Origin: the human T2T-CHM13v2.0 reference genome, Homo sapiens
Strand: one strand, 5' to 3'
Length of the DNA stretch: 64,000 nt
Assembly (NCBI RefSeq): GCF_009914755.1
Contig: NC_060946.1
In this document: in pieces, positions 24,440 through 38,986 of the stretch
Position numbering within the stretch: position 1 is the stretch's first letter
Layout: each line of letters starts with the position of its first letter
Made by a program: the position numbers and the translations under genes
The notes under the pieces: generated by a model
Seen by the model: only the letters and a program-made list of their open reading frames with translations
Database searches by the model: none
What the model was told of the DNA's origin: nothing

Positions 24440-24732
24440 GCAGCACTCAGTGCCCCAGCCCATGCTGTTCACTGTGTCTTGAGTACACCTCGCTCAGGCC
24501 TGGTCCAGAGCTGCTGTCCCTGAGTGCAGTGTTCATGATTCAACAACATATTTTCCAATGAGGTGTCTACAGCAGAAGCACACAAAACCAGGCCATGGGC
24601 TGGTTTATTGATGCAAATGCGACCAGAGGCTCTAAGGAACCTCCGGTCCATGCCCCCTGGGAGTTCAGCATTCACCCACTCAGTGTCTGCAGCCACTTCA
24701 GAACAGCTCCTGCAAATGATGAGCATGGACTG
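24440..24732 (-). mobile_element. TcMar-Tigger MITE (MER82-like) fragment
   Basis: gaccagaggctctaaggaacct...ccctgggag...ttcagcattcacccactcagtgtctgcagccact...agaacag...gatgagcatggactg resembles the MER82 terminal region. Confidence 0.65.
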
Positions 24733-26329
24733 TGCTGGTCACAGTGATTTTCTCTTCCTCAGACCCCTCCCTGCCATTCGTGTCTATGCCCAGACTGCCC
24801 AGACCAACGAGAACAAAGAGCTCTGTCCTTGCACACACCCAGAGTCCCAAGTGGTCCTGAGCCCTGTGCACCTACCAGGTGGGCACCAGGGGGTGGCTGG
24901 GCTGGATAGACAGGGCCCAAGTCAGGGTCCTGCTGGAGACCAACCCCTCGCTCCCCAGTCCTGGCCTCAGGACTACTGCTTATGCTAGGGAAGAGAGCCA
25001 TAGGAAGCTTGCTGCACCATCCACCAAAATCTTCCTGAAAACCCACAGCCCCATCCACAGTGACCCAACCCTGGGCCTGGGTCAAACAGGGACAAACCGG
25101 CCAGCCCCCAGAGGCCAGGCTTCCCCCAGGCCTCTGACCACTCCCCTGTGATGCATTGGGCTTTAAGACCCGATGAGCAGAGCCAGCCGGAGCCTGGGCC
25201 CCGAGCAGGACCCTGCACAGGGTTCTTCTTGCAGGTCTCTGGGCTGCCTCAGTGGGGGTCAGCACCTTCGGAACCCCCCACTGTGCATGGAGTGTTTGTT
25301 TGCTGCAGACGGAAGCCATGAAACCACCCTCCCTGGGCAGGAGCTGCGCCTCGAGGGAGAGCAGAGCCCAGGAGGACTGAGGTGTGCTTCATTATGAATC
25401 TTGTTTAATGGATATTCATTATTTTCATTTATCTCCTCATCCTGCAGCTATGTAAATAAATGCAGTGTGACACTAGCCCTACAGCAGAATGAATTAGGAA
25501 CTAATTTCCCAAGGAGTGAACATAGCATCCTGAGGTGGCCACTGGCCAAAGGGGTCCCAGGACTGGCACTGACCCAAGATTGATAGAGCCTCAGACCCCT
25601 CGGTCCTCCAGCAGGGCCTGGGGGCAGTGACTGGAGCAGGGCAGGAGGCGTGTCCCCATCCCAGAGCTGCCACACCCAGGACACTGAGGGGCACCTCTCT
25701 GCACCCTTCGCCAGGTGGTAATGGCTGGGAGAGAGCAGCAAAGGTGAGAAGCCCTGTCCTGTGAGAATTCATGATTCCTGAGAACCCAGTCAGACTGCAG
25801 GGCCCCTCAGCCTCCAAATTACGCCTGCCTGCGGACTGTCTTATGGCTGCCTTTTGTGTGCCTCACACCTGGGCTCACCTGGCTGGGCTCTCCTGTAGAC
25901 AGCTGTGGTTTCCTGGGATCAGAAGCTGTTATGTGTTGCTGGGATTTCGGCGTCTAATGCAGGATGTGCCACATCGTGTGGATTTTGAGTTGGATTTGGT
26001 AACCGGAAGCACTTGCTGCAGGGTTGGGGTTGATGGAGGGGGGATTCCTTGGCTTCCTGTCTTGTGGGGAAAGACCCCATAGTTGCTCAAGGTCACAGAC
26101 ACAGGGAGCAGCCAATGATGATGGTGCGCCCCAGAGGAGGTGGCCGGCACCCCAGCCCCGCACACCTTGCTCCCTTCGTTCATAATCTATGGGTGCATCT
26201 GGCATTGGCTCTGTGAGCCGGGCATCAGCCAGGCCCAGGAGACCAGCTCAGCCCCCATCTCAGGGGAACAAGGGCTCCCATGAGGATGCTCAGATGAAAA
26301 CCTACACACAGCATGGGAGAATGCGGGTG

Positions 26330-26475
26330 ACCTGAATGTCCACTCGCTGCCCAGGTTACCTTCCACTCACCTCAGTAGTCTTACCTGTGAAAGGGGATGA
26401 TAATAATAAACCCTACCCCACAGGCATGCTGTGAAGATCAAACAACATGTCCCATGTAAACCACTTTGCATAAGA
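26330..26475 (+). mobile_element. MIR SINE
   Basis: cctcagtagtcttacctgtgaaaggggatgataataataaaccctaccccacagg...gtgaagatcaaa matches the MIR core. Confidence 0.75.
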
Positions 26476-26545
26476 CAACCCCTGTGCATTACCAGTGCAG
26501 AGCATGGTGCACCATGTTTAAAGTAAATATCATCCAGCCCCTCAC

Positions 26546-26916
26546 CATGTTAGCCTGCCTGGGCTGCCATAACAAAAGCTCAACAGACTGGGAGGCCTAA
26601 ACAACAGGAATTAATTTCCTCACGTTCTGGAGGCCAGAAGTCCGAGATCAAAGTGTCAGCAGGGTGGGTACCTGGTGAGGGCTCTCCATTTGGTTTGCAG
26701 ACGGCCACCTTCTGGCTGTGTCCTCACATGGTGGATAGAGGGGGAGCTCTCTTGTGTCTCTTGTTGGGACACTAATCCTGTTAAATCAGGGCTTTGCCGT
26801 TACAATCTCATTTAACCTAAATACATGTTTGAAGGCCCCTTCTCCAAATACAGTCAAACTGGGGATTAGGCTTTAACATGTGAACTTTGGGCAGTAACAA
26901 CATTTCGTCCATAACA
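26546..26916 (-). mobile_element. MaLR solo LTR (MLT1A-like)
   Basis: gggctgccataacaaaa...aaacaacaggaattaatttcctcacgttctggaggccagaagtccgagatcaa...tccataaca. Confidence 0.88.
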
Positions 26917-27098
26917 CCCACCAGGAATATCAAACATCCTGAAGCTCTGTGATAGAGCACATGAACATATGAACTTGGGGGAGTGATGTTGTTACTCCCC
27001 TAAGTTCACACGTGAAAGCCTTTGAACAGAAAGGCAGGAGGATACTGTACAAGTTCAGAGACAGAGAGAGGATGGTAGGTGGTCAGTAGCAAGTGATG

Positions 27099-27204
27099 AA
27101 TTCATGAAAATGAGAATCTGCCTCTAGGAGGAGAGTTTAAAAGGAATACCAAATTCATGAAAATGAGACTCTATCTCCAGGAGAGGAGTTTCAAAGTAAT
27201 ACCA
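27099..27204. repeat. 53-bp diverged tandem duplication
   Basis: aattcatgaaaatgaga.tct..ctc.agg...gagttt.aaag.aatacca twice. Confidence 0.85.
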
Positions 27205-29999
27205 AGTGGCCAAAGAGCCTCAGCAGAGATATGAACGTGACCGTGTGCCAGAAGAAGGAAGGGCCCAGCTGGCCAGATGTTACGTCCAATCCATGCCAAG
27301 TTGTGAGCTGCAGAGAATGGCTCCAGCATCAGGGCTGTACTGGCTGGATGGGAATGGCCTGGAAGAAAAATATTTCATTTTCATCCACTGTGAGTTTTTT
27401 CTTGGAGAGCCTTCTAATGGCAGCAAGCTCTGGTGGCACAAAGCTATTCCCCGCTGACATTGGCAGTTGAGTCACATCCCAGATGAGCTGACAAAAGGTT
27501 TCCTTCCCATTTCTGGGCAGCCACCAATGCTTGGGGTTTGTTATAATTTTATGGGTAATAGATCATATCACACATGAGAAGAATTCATAATATGGAGATT
27601 AAGAAAAACAATTTATTAATGTTAATAAATCCTCCAATAAAACTTCCAGGAGGACCTATAGTGATAAATTGAATAATTATGAGTATAATTATGACTAACT
27701 AGAAGTATAATTTCATGCTAATGCAATAATAATGACACAAAAGTGTAGATCATGAATTTTAACTGCTTAGTTATTTCACATTTCCACAAGTATGGACAAA
27801 AAAAAAAACCCTCTCTGAAATCTGATCAAATTATGGTTGACTGAGAAAGAGAAAGTGTTCTTGGTTTAAACAGACATCGTTTTGATTATCTTTACTGAAC
27901 TGCAAAAAGTCTTATGTTAATTAGGAACTTGAAGATACTAAATTCAAGAAATAGATACTCAGGAGTGCAACGTTTTTCTGAGTCAAAAAACCCCCAATGA
28001 ACTCATCGTTTTATCACCTTTGAGCACCATGTGAAAGAGAGGATGGAAGATAATTTGCATTTAAGTTTGCGTTTTATGTTGATAAATGTTTCAAGAAGGA
28101 ATAAACTAGTGCAGACAGATGTGATTGCCTCAACTCAACAAAGCATTTTATGCATTGAGATGAGCCCGAATTAACTGCCTCTGAAAAGGAGTTTGCTGGG
28201 GAATAGGAAAGATGGTTCCTGGAGGCGTTTCCTTCACTCTGGACTCAGTTCCCAGGTGACAAGGCTTCAGACTCTGGAGGGTTTTCCTAGAGCATCTCAT
28301 TCCACAGGATTCGTGTAGGCTGTGAGATTGTCCTTGGGCCATGAGAGAGCCCCACCAGGTGGGCATATTTCTCAAGTCAGAGTTACACAGGAAAAAGTGC
28401 AACACCAGAGTTGACCAAAAGGGCTCCAGGAGGCCAGGTTGGGGGACAGCCCCCTCCTGTGCTCTCCGGCCACTTGGTGTTATTGTTGCGAATATCTTCC
28501 CGTGGATGCCCAAGGATCCAACTGAACTTTGTTGACGAACTCTTTTCCGCTCATGTCGAGCCTGGAAGAAGAGAGTTGCTCCTAATACAAGAGGATTTCA
28601 GTAGATGCTTTGGGATTATAGACTCCATTAACCTATTTTGAGAAATGGCCACACAGTACTGTAACGGGGTTCCACTCCGCCAGGGCTCCACTCCTTCCGG
28701 CTGCCCCCGTTCCTGGATATGGGTGGGCGCCGTCTTTCTCAGCCGTTCTGATTGAGGTGTAGTGGTATCTCGTGTGGTTTAATCTGCATTGCCCTCGTGG
28801 CCAATGATGTTGAACATCTTTTCATGCACTTATTTGCTATCCATGTGTGTTTTACGGTGCATGGTTTATTTAAATATTTTGCCCATTTTTTAATGGGTTG
28901 TTATTTTCTTACTGAGCTTTGTGAGAGTTCCTTTTAAATTCTGGATACAATTTCTTCATCAAATTTATGCTTGAAAAATACTTTCTTTCTATCTACGACT
29001 TGTCTTTTCACTCTATTAATAATCTTTTGAACCAGAAGTTTTTAATTTTAATGAAGTTCAATTTATGAATTTTTTCTTTGATGGATTTTACTTTTTGGTA
29101 GCGTATCTATGAATTACTTGCTTAAACCAAGGTCACAAAAATTTTTTTTCCTATGTAAGCTTCCAGAAGTTTGAGAATTTAGATTTTCTATTTAGGACTA
29201 TGACCCATTTTGAATTAAATTTTGCATATAGTGAGTGATATGGATCGAAGTTCATTTTTTTTTGCATATGTATATCCAAATGTTCCAGCACCATATGTTG
29301 AAAGACTATCTTTTTTTTTTCTGAATTGCTTTTGCAACTTTGTCAAAATCAGCTGTTCATACAAGTATGGATCTATTTCTGGACCTTCTATTCCATCCCA
29401 TTCATGTATTTGTCCGTTTCCAAACCAAATCACCCTGTCTCGATTGCTGTATCTTATCAGTCATGAAGCAGGTAGTGTAAGTCTTCCAACTTTGTTCTTT
29501 TGTTCAAAGCTGTATGAGTTATTCTAGGTCCTTTGTATTTTTATATAAATTTTAGAATCAGCTTGTCAGTTGCAACAAAAATGCACGTGATTTTCATTGA
29601 GATTGTCTTGAATCTATAGATCAATTTAGGAAATTTGACATCCTCAGTTGTGAGTTGTCTGATCCACAAACTCATTCTCTTCCTTCCGTTCTTCTATTTC
29701 TCCGAGCAACACTTTATAGTTTTCAGTGTATTGGTCTTATACATCTGCTGTCAATTTTTCCCATGATACTTCATTATTTGATACTATTGTAAACAGTATT
29801 TTTTCATATTTTCTGGATTTTTGTTGCAATTACATAAAAATATAATTGATCTTTGTATATTAATCTTGTGTCGGCAATAATGCTAAACTTGCTATTACTT
29901 CCAGCGAGTTTTATGTAGGTTTTAATGGATTTTTAAAATAGACTATCATGTCCTCTGAATAATGATGGTGTTACTTCTTTTTTTCAAATCTAGATAGAT

Positions 30000-30001
<2 letters not shown>

Positions 30002-30044
<43 letters not shown>
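30002..30044 (+). repeat. (TG)21 microsatellite
   Basis: Perfect dinucleotide run. Confidence 0.98.
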
Positions 30045-30047
<3 letters not shown>

Positions 30048-31158
30048 CTTGCCTTATTGTAGTGGTTGGGACCACCAGGTCAATGTTGATGATAAATGAT
30101 GAGAGCAGCATTCTTGTCTCGTTTTTAGGAGAAAATCATTCAGTCTTTCCCCCCACTGAGTTTGATGTGAATTTTAAGGTTGTCATAGATACCCTTTATT
30201 AGTCTGAGGAAGTTCCAATCTATTTCTGGTTTGTTTTTTATCATGGAGATAGGTTTAATTTTGTCAATGGCTTTTTTGTGCGTCAATTGAGATGATTGTA
30301 CACTTTGAATCTTCTAGATTGCTAATATGGTCAATTATATTAATTGATTTTCAGATGTTAAACAAACCTTGTGCTCCTGGGATAAATCCTAGTTGGCAAT
30401 ACTATTACTTCATTTGTTACACTTTGTTGAATTCTATTTATTGAAGTTTTATTTAGAATTTTTGCCTCTATATTGATAAGAGGAATAGGCTAGCTGTTGT
30501 TTTTTCTTGAATGTCTCTCTTTTGTTTTTGTTTTTCTATCACAGTAATGCTGGCCTTAAAGAATGAGAAGAGAAGTATCCCCCTCCCTCCAGCTCAGAGA
30601 TAGAGTGTGTGGACTTGGTGCTCTCACCTCCATAAATGTTTGGTGGAATTCACCAGTGAAGCATCTAGACCTGGAGTTTTCTTTATGGGAGATTAATCAT
30701 TTTTAAAAATCTTCTCAAAAAAATAAATTTTGGCTTTGTTGATTTTTTTCTATTGTTTGTTTCACCTTTTATTGCCTTCTGCTCCTAGTTTATGATTTGT
30801 TTTCTCCTGCTTTCTTTAGGTTTAATTCTGTCTTCTTCTTATAGATCCCTAGTGGTCATTGATTAAGGTTTTTCTTCTTTTCTAATAGAGACATTCATTG
30901 CTGTAAGTTTCCCCTTCAAGACTGCTTTGGCAGCATGATGCAAATTTTGATCCGCAGTGCTTTAATTTTGTTTCAGTTCAAAATGTATTTTAAATTTCCT
31001 TTTTGATTTTTTCTTTGACCTATAAGTTATTTTGAAATGTGTTACTTGGTTTCCAAATATTTCAGAATTTTTCAAGGTTCTTTCTCATATTGGTTTCTAC
31101 TATAATTCTACTGCATCCAGAAACAGCCTTTGTTTGACTTAAATCTTTTAAATTTATT

Positions 31159-31288
31159 AAATTTTTTAAAAAATTGTGATGGGTGCATAGCAGGCACATA
31201 TGTTTATGGGTTGAATGTGATATTTTGATACAGGCATATAATGTGTAATAATCACATCAGGATAAATAGGACATCCATCCCCTCAAGA
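31159..31288 (-). mobile_element. ~130-bp 3' end of L1MA-type LINE nested in older L1
   Basis: L1MA 3'UTR (tttatgggt...gtgatattttgatacaggcatataatgtgtaataatcacatcagg); TSD cttttaaatttatt at 31145-31158 and 31289-31302. Confidence 0.85.
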
Positions 31289-34256
31289 CTTTTAAATTTA
31301 TTGTGACTTTTTCATGACCCATAACACGGTGTATGTCTTGGTAAGTGTTTCCTGTGCACTGGAAAGTAATGTAAGTTTTGCTGTTGTCAGGTGGAGTGTT
31401 TTATAAACATCAATGATATCAAGTTTAGATTTCCATATCATTACTTCTTTTCTGTCTACTTACTCTATCAATTATTGAGAGAGCAGTTTTGAAATCTCAG
31501 GCTATAAACGTAGATTTTCTTTAACTTATCTTTATCGTATCAGTTTTTGCCTTATATACTTTGAAGCTTTCTTATTAGAGATACAGAAGTTTAGATGGTT
31601 ATGAGATCTTGGTGAATGTACCCATTTACCATTATAAAATGTACGGTAATACTCTTTGCTCTAAGGTGTACTTTCTATGATATTAACATAGTCACTAATT
31701 TAACATTAGTGCTAGCATAGAATATATGTATTTAATACTTTTATTTAAATCTATGTGTCTTTTTATTTAACATGTGTTTATTGTAGACAGCATATATTTG
31801 AGTCTTGCTTTCTTGACTAATCTGACATCTCTTCATCTTAATTGGGGCATTTAAATAATTTATAGTTAATGTGAATATTGCTATTCTTTATATCCACCAT
31901 CTTGCAAATTTGTCTTATGTGTTTTTTGTTCCCTTTTTACTCTTTTTCTGACTTGTTTTTGATTAATTATTTTTGTAATTCCATATTTTCTCCTTTGTTG
32001 GTTTACTTAAGTCATTATTGTTGTAGTTCCCATGGCTGTTTCAGGTGTCAGAGTAAATATCTTTAACTCCTCACAGTGTGCCTTCCAATGAGACTACACC
32101 AACTCCCAAAGGGTAGAAGAGATCCGCAGTATATCTCCACTTATTCCTTGTGCTAAGGTTATAAAATATACCTTTATTTATTCTATAAACAGACAAAAGG
32201 TAATGTGATGAGCATCTCTATGCCAATAAACAAATTGAAATTAACACCTTCATTGAAATGGACAAATTATCACTTTCTGTTTCTCCTTAGACAATCTTGG
32301 TTGGATTGAAAAGTCAGGAGAGTCCTATATTTGTTGAATTTCATGTCATACCCATCAAGAGTATTCTCCATGTGCCTTACAAAGAACTTGGCACACGTCC
32401 TCTGACCGGACACAGGCATGAGGGAGCCAAGTGCCTATGGCAGGAGGACAGCAGGGCCTGACTCAGATACAGCCTCACTCCTGGTCTTTGTCAGGGCAGG
32501 ACTGTGGGTGTGGTCCCCACGGAGCAGACAGACATGGGGAGGAGGAGGAGCGGCTGTGAGGTCATCCTGAGGACCACCTGGAAAGATGCTCTGCTCAGGG
32601 TCCTGGAACCGCAGAGGATTCTCTCAGCCTGCCCATGTGGGAGGAACCACAAAAACGTCCATGAGAAGAGAGCAAGATACATACATCTGTAAGGCTGGAA
32701 GAATGAGAGCAGTTTCTAGGCATCCTGACCATGTAAGACCCTCTTGCCTACACCTCCCCCCATTCCAACATTGGTGGGTCAGACACTGGCTGGCAAACTG
32801 GAGATAGAGACTGGGGGAGAAAAGTATAAGACAAGTAAACAGGGACTATCCAATCACACCCATCTTTCTCTCTGTAGACCTCTAGCCTAAAGGAGTGTGA
32901 GCTGAGGGAAGGAGGAAAATGTGACATAAAATCAGGTTTGGGGAATGAACATTCCATTTTCTGACCAAAGACTGTATTTGCAGCTGAAAGTGACCAAATC
33001 ACTTTCCGTTATCCAAGAGTCAGGAAAACCCTCTGGACCCACCGGGGTTTCATCTATGGCTAGGGAAAGAATCAGCCTGCTGCAGATTTATGAGGAGGCA
33101 GTGAGAAAAATCAATCCCTGCAATACCCAGTATCCAACCATATCATGGGTCAGCCTTCTTCACCCTACCATAAACACGCCTTGAATTCACAGAAAACAAG
33201 GGGCAAGTGCTCTGCATCTTGGTACACTTCAAATCACTCTACTTTTTCATCCTTTATATGTTTTCCTATTCTCTACTCCATACCATTTTTGCAGTTTCTA
33301 GATCATGCATATCACCCAAGTATCCAGAGCTCTTCAATGTAGGTTGCTCAAAAACAAGAGAGAAAAAGAAAGTCATACATCTCATAGTGCTTGTTAACAT
33401 AAAGACATGATACATGCAGTGTAATGTTAAGGCATAATCAAGTGTCAAAACAGGTATTATCATGCAAATGCATGATTTCTATCCAATGAGTCAGTCACAA
33501 TGAGACTTCAAGATGAGTGAATTGAGCAGACTATAGCAACAGCTACCTGCCACAAAGGCCAGTTTTTGCCACACTGCATTGAGGGATGAAGGCAGCTGAC
33601 TGCCCGATGTGCCATTAGCAATGGACTGAAACCAAAGTGTTGATGAGTAAGGAGAGTAGGGGCAGGATGGAGTCCAGAGATTGGCCTCTCTACTTGCCTG
33701 CATTTTTGAGATAGTCCATAATAAAGAATGTAGAAAGGGAGCGAGGGAAAGACAGAGCATGCACGCCCAGAAGACACTGAGTTCTCTGCAGGCTTTTGCC
33801 ACAGCTGTGCCTCTGCAGCCCACACTCGGACCCACTCGGGGTCACATGGAGGGCAGCAAGACACATGAGCATCTGGCCATGTTTCCAATGAGCAGGACAA
33901 AGTCTAATTCTGCTGGGATGTGTTAAAATGTAAACATGCCTTTTTCCCTAGCATCTCCTTCACTAAACACCTGCCAGGAACAGTTATCAACTCATCCCTG
34001 TCTCCTCAGTGATCAGTTAGGAATAAGCAAGACTAGACCAGGAAGACCTCCAGGCCCTGTGACACGAGGCTCCCACTCCAGAGTGGGCATTGCTACTCAT
34101 GGATCCACAATCAGGGAGGAAATAGTTGCATATTCCTCCATGGCAGTGGCCCTGGAGAGGAGCTAAGAATCACTGGTTTACGATCTTATCCCAGGGATGA
34201 GTTAACTGGGACCCAAAGAGATGAAGTGACCATTCCAAGGTCAGACAGTAGATTAG

Positions 34257-34626
<370 letters not shown>

Positions 34627-34749
34627 GAATGTAACCATTCCTATGCAGCTCCTCTTCCCAGGCACTGAACCTGAGAAGAACAGCCACAGCTTCCAGTGAT
34701 CTTGGCCCTCGGCACAGATGAGGGAGCAGGAAACTGCAGGAAAGTGCAG

Positions 34750-35005
34750 TGGGACCCCTCCCTCACACCAAAGACTAACATCAGAAATGTGCTGGTAAAT
34801 CGTGAAGCCACTGGAATGTCCGTACACTGCTGGTGGGGCGTAAATGCAAATGGTGAGGGGTCTCTGGCGGCACCCATTCCAACTGCCCTTGTGCTCCCAG
34901 TGGCCAGCACTCCCACCAAGGCAGTGTGAACATTCACCAATGACATGCAGGGGAAGGGTGTCCCAGATGCTCTTTCTGGTGTGAGAGCCAGAAACTAGAA
35001 ATGAC
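34750..35005 (+). mobile_element. Old L1ME-like 3' fragment
   Basis: gtgctggtaaatcgtgaagccactggaatgtccgtacactgctggtggggcgtaaatg...agccagaaactagaaatgacc. Confidence 0.55.
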
Positions 35006-35007
35006 CA

Positions 35008-35400
35008 GTGATGATTAATGTTACGTTTCACTTGTCCTGGCCAGGGGGTGCCCAGATAGCTGATTAGACCTTATTTCTGTGTGTGTCTGTGAGGCTGTTT
35101 CCTGGCATGGTTAGCGTGTGAATGGGTGTGCTGTGTAAAGCAATGGCCCTCCCCAGTGTGCGTGGGCCTCACCCAACACCGCCAGAGCTCAAATAGGACA
35201 AAAAGATGAGGTGATGGAGAATTCACTCTTTCTACCTGACTCCATGAGCTGGGACATCCATCTGCCCCAATCTCAGACTGAGACTCACAATGTCTGCTTT
35301 TCTGGGTCTCCAGCTTGCAGACAGCAGACTACAGGACTTCTCAGCCTCTACAATCACATGGACCAATTCCTTAGAATAAATCTCTCTGTGTATATATGGA
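35008..35400 (+). mobile_element. ERVL LTR (MLT2-type)
   Basis: tgatgattaatgtt...gggtgcccagatagctgattag...tctccagcttgcagacagcagact...cagcctctacaatcacatg...aataaatctctc. Confidence 0.85.
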
Positions 35401-35402
35401 GG

Positions 35403-35404
<2 letters not shown>

Positions 35405-35439
<35 letters not shown>
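35405..35439 (+). repeat. (AC)17 microsatellite
   Basis: Direct read. Confidence 0.97.
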
Positions 35440-35441
<2 letters not shown>

Positions 35442-37289
35442 AAGGACCTCCTGCTACTGTGCATCCACACAGGGTTCTCACAGTCACAAAGATGAGCAAA
35501 GCTCCCTGGACAGCCACAGACTGAAGGCACTAAATGACCATTCGAAGGACATCTGAGAACAAACAGAAGTAACCCTTCGTGACTCAGGTCAGAGTTCTGG
35601 TAACGTTGGGGGTCACTGTTGGGGGCAGGAGGCAGTGAGGGCAGGGCTGGAACTGTCCCATCAGATCTGCCTGCTGGTCACTCTGGCAGAAGCACATCTG
35701 AATCGCTGTCCCCCAGAGTCCTGCCCTTAGAGTAGCAAGACTTGCATACATGACCCTGCCTAGCTGTGCCTTTACCATGAAAAGGTAAAAGCCAATTAGC
35801 AAACAGTGGGGAAAAAAAAAAGCCAAAAACACACAGTACGGTGCCCCCTTGGCTGGGGGTGTGACATGCGTAAGAGGAGGTGGCCACAACCTGGGGAGGG
35901 ACGAGGATGGGCCTGCGATCTTCCAGGCCCACGGAGCACCGCTCACACCGCCACAGCACAAAACAGTCCACAGAGAAGAAATCACTAACGTTCAACCTAC
36001 ACTTGTGGACTTAAGTGGCCTCTCTGTAACACATGATTATAGGATTTAAAGGAAGAAAACGGCGGCACACACAGCTTTGCTTTGCTCTAATAGTACTTTG
36101 CCCAGCGATGGCTCAACTCAACTCATACTTTTCCTCCGTACTTGATGGGAATGTCTCCGTCCTCTTTTCAAACCACAGTGGCAGGCGTGCCCTGCGTCCC
36201 GCTCCATCCCCTTGGGCCCTTCCTGCTCTGCCAGCTGGAGGGACCGCTCTATGGGGTGCTCCTATCACAGCCCCTCTTATACCCAGCCAGGCTCAGCCTC
36301 GGGGGGGCAGTAGGGAAGTGAGTGTGGGAAGAGAGAGCCCCGGGGGCCCCTCCCTGCCCTGGGCTGACCACTGTGCTGTTCTCCGGCAGCAGACCCCCAG
36401 CGAAGCCCCTCCAGGTCTAGTGGACACCACTGGGAGCCTCCACCTCCCTTGTCAGATGCCCCCACCCTGTGGGCCCCCAGCAAGCAGGCCCTTTGTGGAG
36501 CCCCAAAACCATAGTCTCCTGTAGGCTGCCCCGCCACCCGCTCCTGCCTGAGCCTCCCCTTGAAACTGTTGGCAGGTGGATTTTGGACCTCAGGGTTCTT
36601 CTGTGGGGACTTTTCTTTCTTTTTTTCCCCATCTTTCTTAATAAGCCCTGCAGTCCACTCGTATCAACAGCCGCATCTCCATAGTCCTGTGAGAAATCTC
36701 TTTGCCTGCACCCCCGGGAGGATTCACGGATGATTCCCATTAACACAGCCTGTGAGTGGGATTCGCCACAGTCACAGAGAGAAGCTCAGGGCCGCCTGCT
36801 GAAGAGGAGTGGGTAAAACTCAGCCCGATTTGCCGGCGCCTCCTCAATCCCACAAAGGATGTGTTCTCAAGGCACCTGGAGGAAGCCATTGGCATGAGTA
36901 GGACGTGGACCCTGCTCTCAGGCTCGGCGGTGCCCACCACCCATGGCCACTGCTGTCACCTAGGGGACCTCCTTCTGAGGACCTTTAATCAGAAAAGAAG
37001 ATGGGGAGATTGAAGACGCTGACCCCTTCCTGTTCCGCACGCAGGGGCCTCCCAGGCTATGGGCAGATTAACCATCTCACACACCTCTGACGTCATCATA
37101 GAACCATCCCCATGAGGCAGAGGAGGATCTGAGATATGGGGCTGTGTAGTCTCAGCCTAGTAATGGTGATGGCAGTGGGGTGGAGACCAGGATGCAGAGG
37201 CTGTACCCTTGAGCTGCACGGCCAACGCAGACAGGCACACAAAGACATGAGCAGGCACGAGGGAGAGAATGGTCACTGCGTGGAAACAA

Positions 37290-38140
<851 letters not shown>

Positions 38141-38189
38141 TAACAAGGAGAATTTTACCCTAAAAGATTAAAACTAATGAAATAAAACT

Positions 38190-38480
38190 ATTACAACAAA
38201 ATAAAATAATACAATTATTTTCATTTATATTATTATATTAATAATATATTATCTAAAATATATTATATTAATAATATATTATCTAAAATATATTATATTA
38301 ATAATATATTATCATAAATACATTATTAATAATATATTGTCATAAAATATATTATATTTTAATACTATAGTATTAAATATAGTATTACATATGCTATATT
38401 AAAATACATTAAATATAGTATTAAATATATTATTGTACATATTATAAAATATAATATATATTATAATATATTTATCTGTT
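38190..38480. repeat. AT-rich low-complexity tract with 30-bp tandem units
   Basis: tattatattaataatatattatctaaaata repeated from 38231. Confidence 0.9.
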
Positions 38481-38617
38481 TAACAAAAATAACAACAAAA
38501 GTGCAGAGGTCACTGTTTTAGACAACATGATGCTGTCACAGGCAAGACGCTGCAGACCCACCGGCTAGACCAGGGTTCCCATCCGTGTGTGCCTGGCCTG
38601 CGAGCCTGCATCCCGCC

Positions 38618-38986
38618 TGCCATGGGCGTAACTGCCTGGGGGCAGCCCCAGGACCGGTCCGTGGAAGCCCTAACCCCCTATGTCACTGTGTCTGGAGACA
38701 TGGCCTACAGCGAAGTGACTCAGGTTAAATGAGGTCCTGAGGTAAGCCTGAATCCCCTAAGCCTGGCATTCTGATAAGAAGCAGAAGAGACCCCAGAACT
38801 GTCTCTCCCTGCATGTGGGGATGGTGGCCGTCTGTGAACCAGGAAGCGGGCCCTGGCCAGGAATGGAACTGGCTGGCACCTTGATCATGGATTCCCAGGC
38901 TCCAGAACGGTGAGAAATCAATGTCTGGTGTTTCAGCCGCCCAGCCTGTGCTATTTTGTGATAGCAGCCTGGCCGCACTGATATAC
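38618..38986 (+). mobile_element. MaLR solo LTR (MLT1A-like)
   Basis: gaagccctaaccccc...ggttaaatgaggtc...gctggcaccttgatcatggattcccaggctccagaacggtgagaaat...tattttgtgatagcagcc. Confidence 0.88.

Larger units (their letters stand above)
28745..32180 (-). mobile_element. Old L1M (L1ME/L1MD-like) ORF2 remnant
   Basis: T-rich antisense L1 sequence (gtggtatctcgtgtggtttaatctgcatt...ccagcaccatatgttgaaaagact...tggtggaattcaccagtgaagcatct). Confidence 0.85.
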
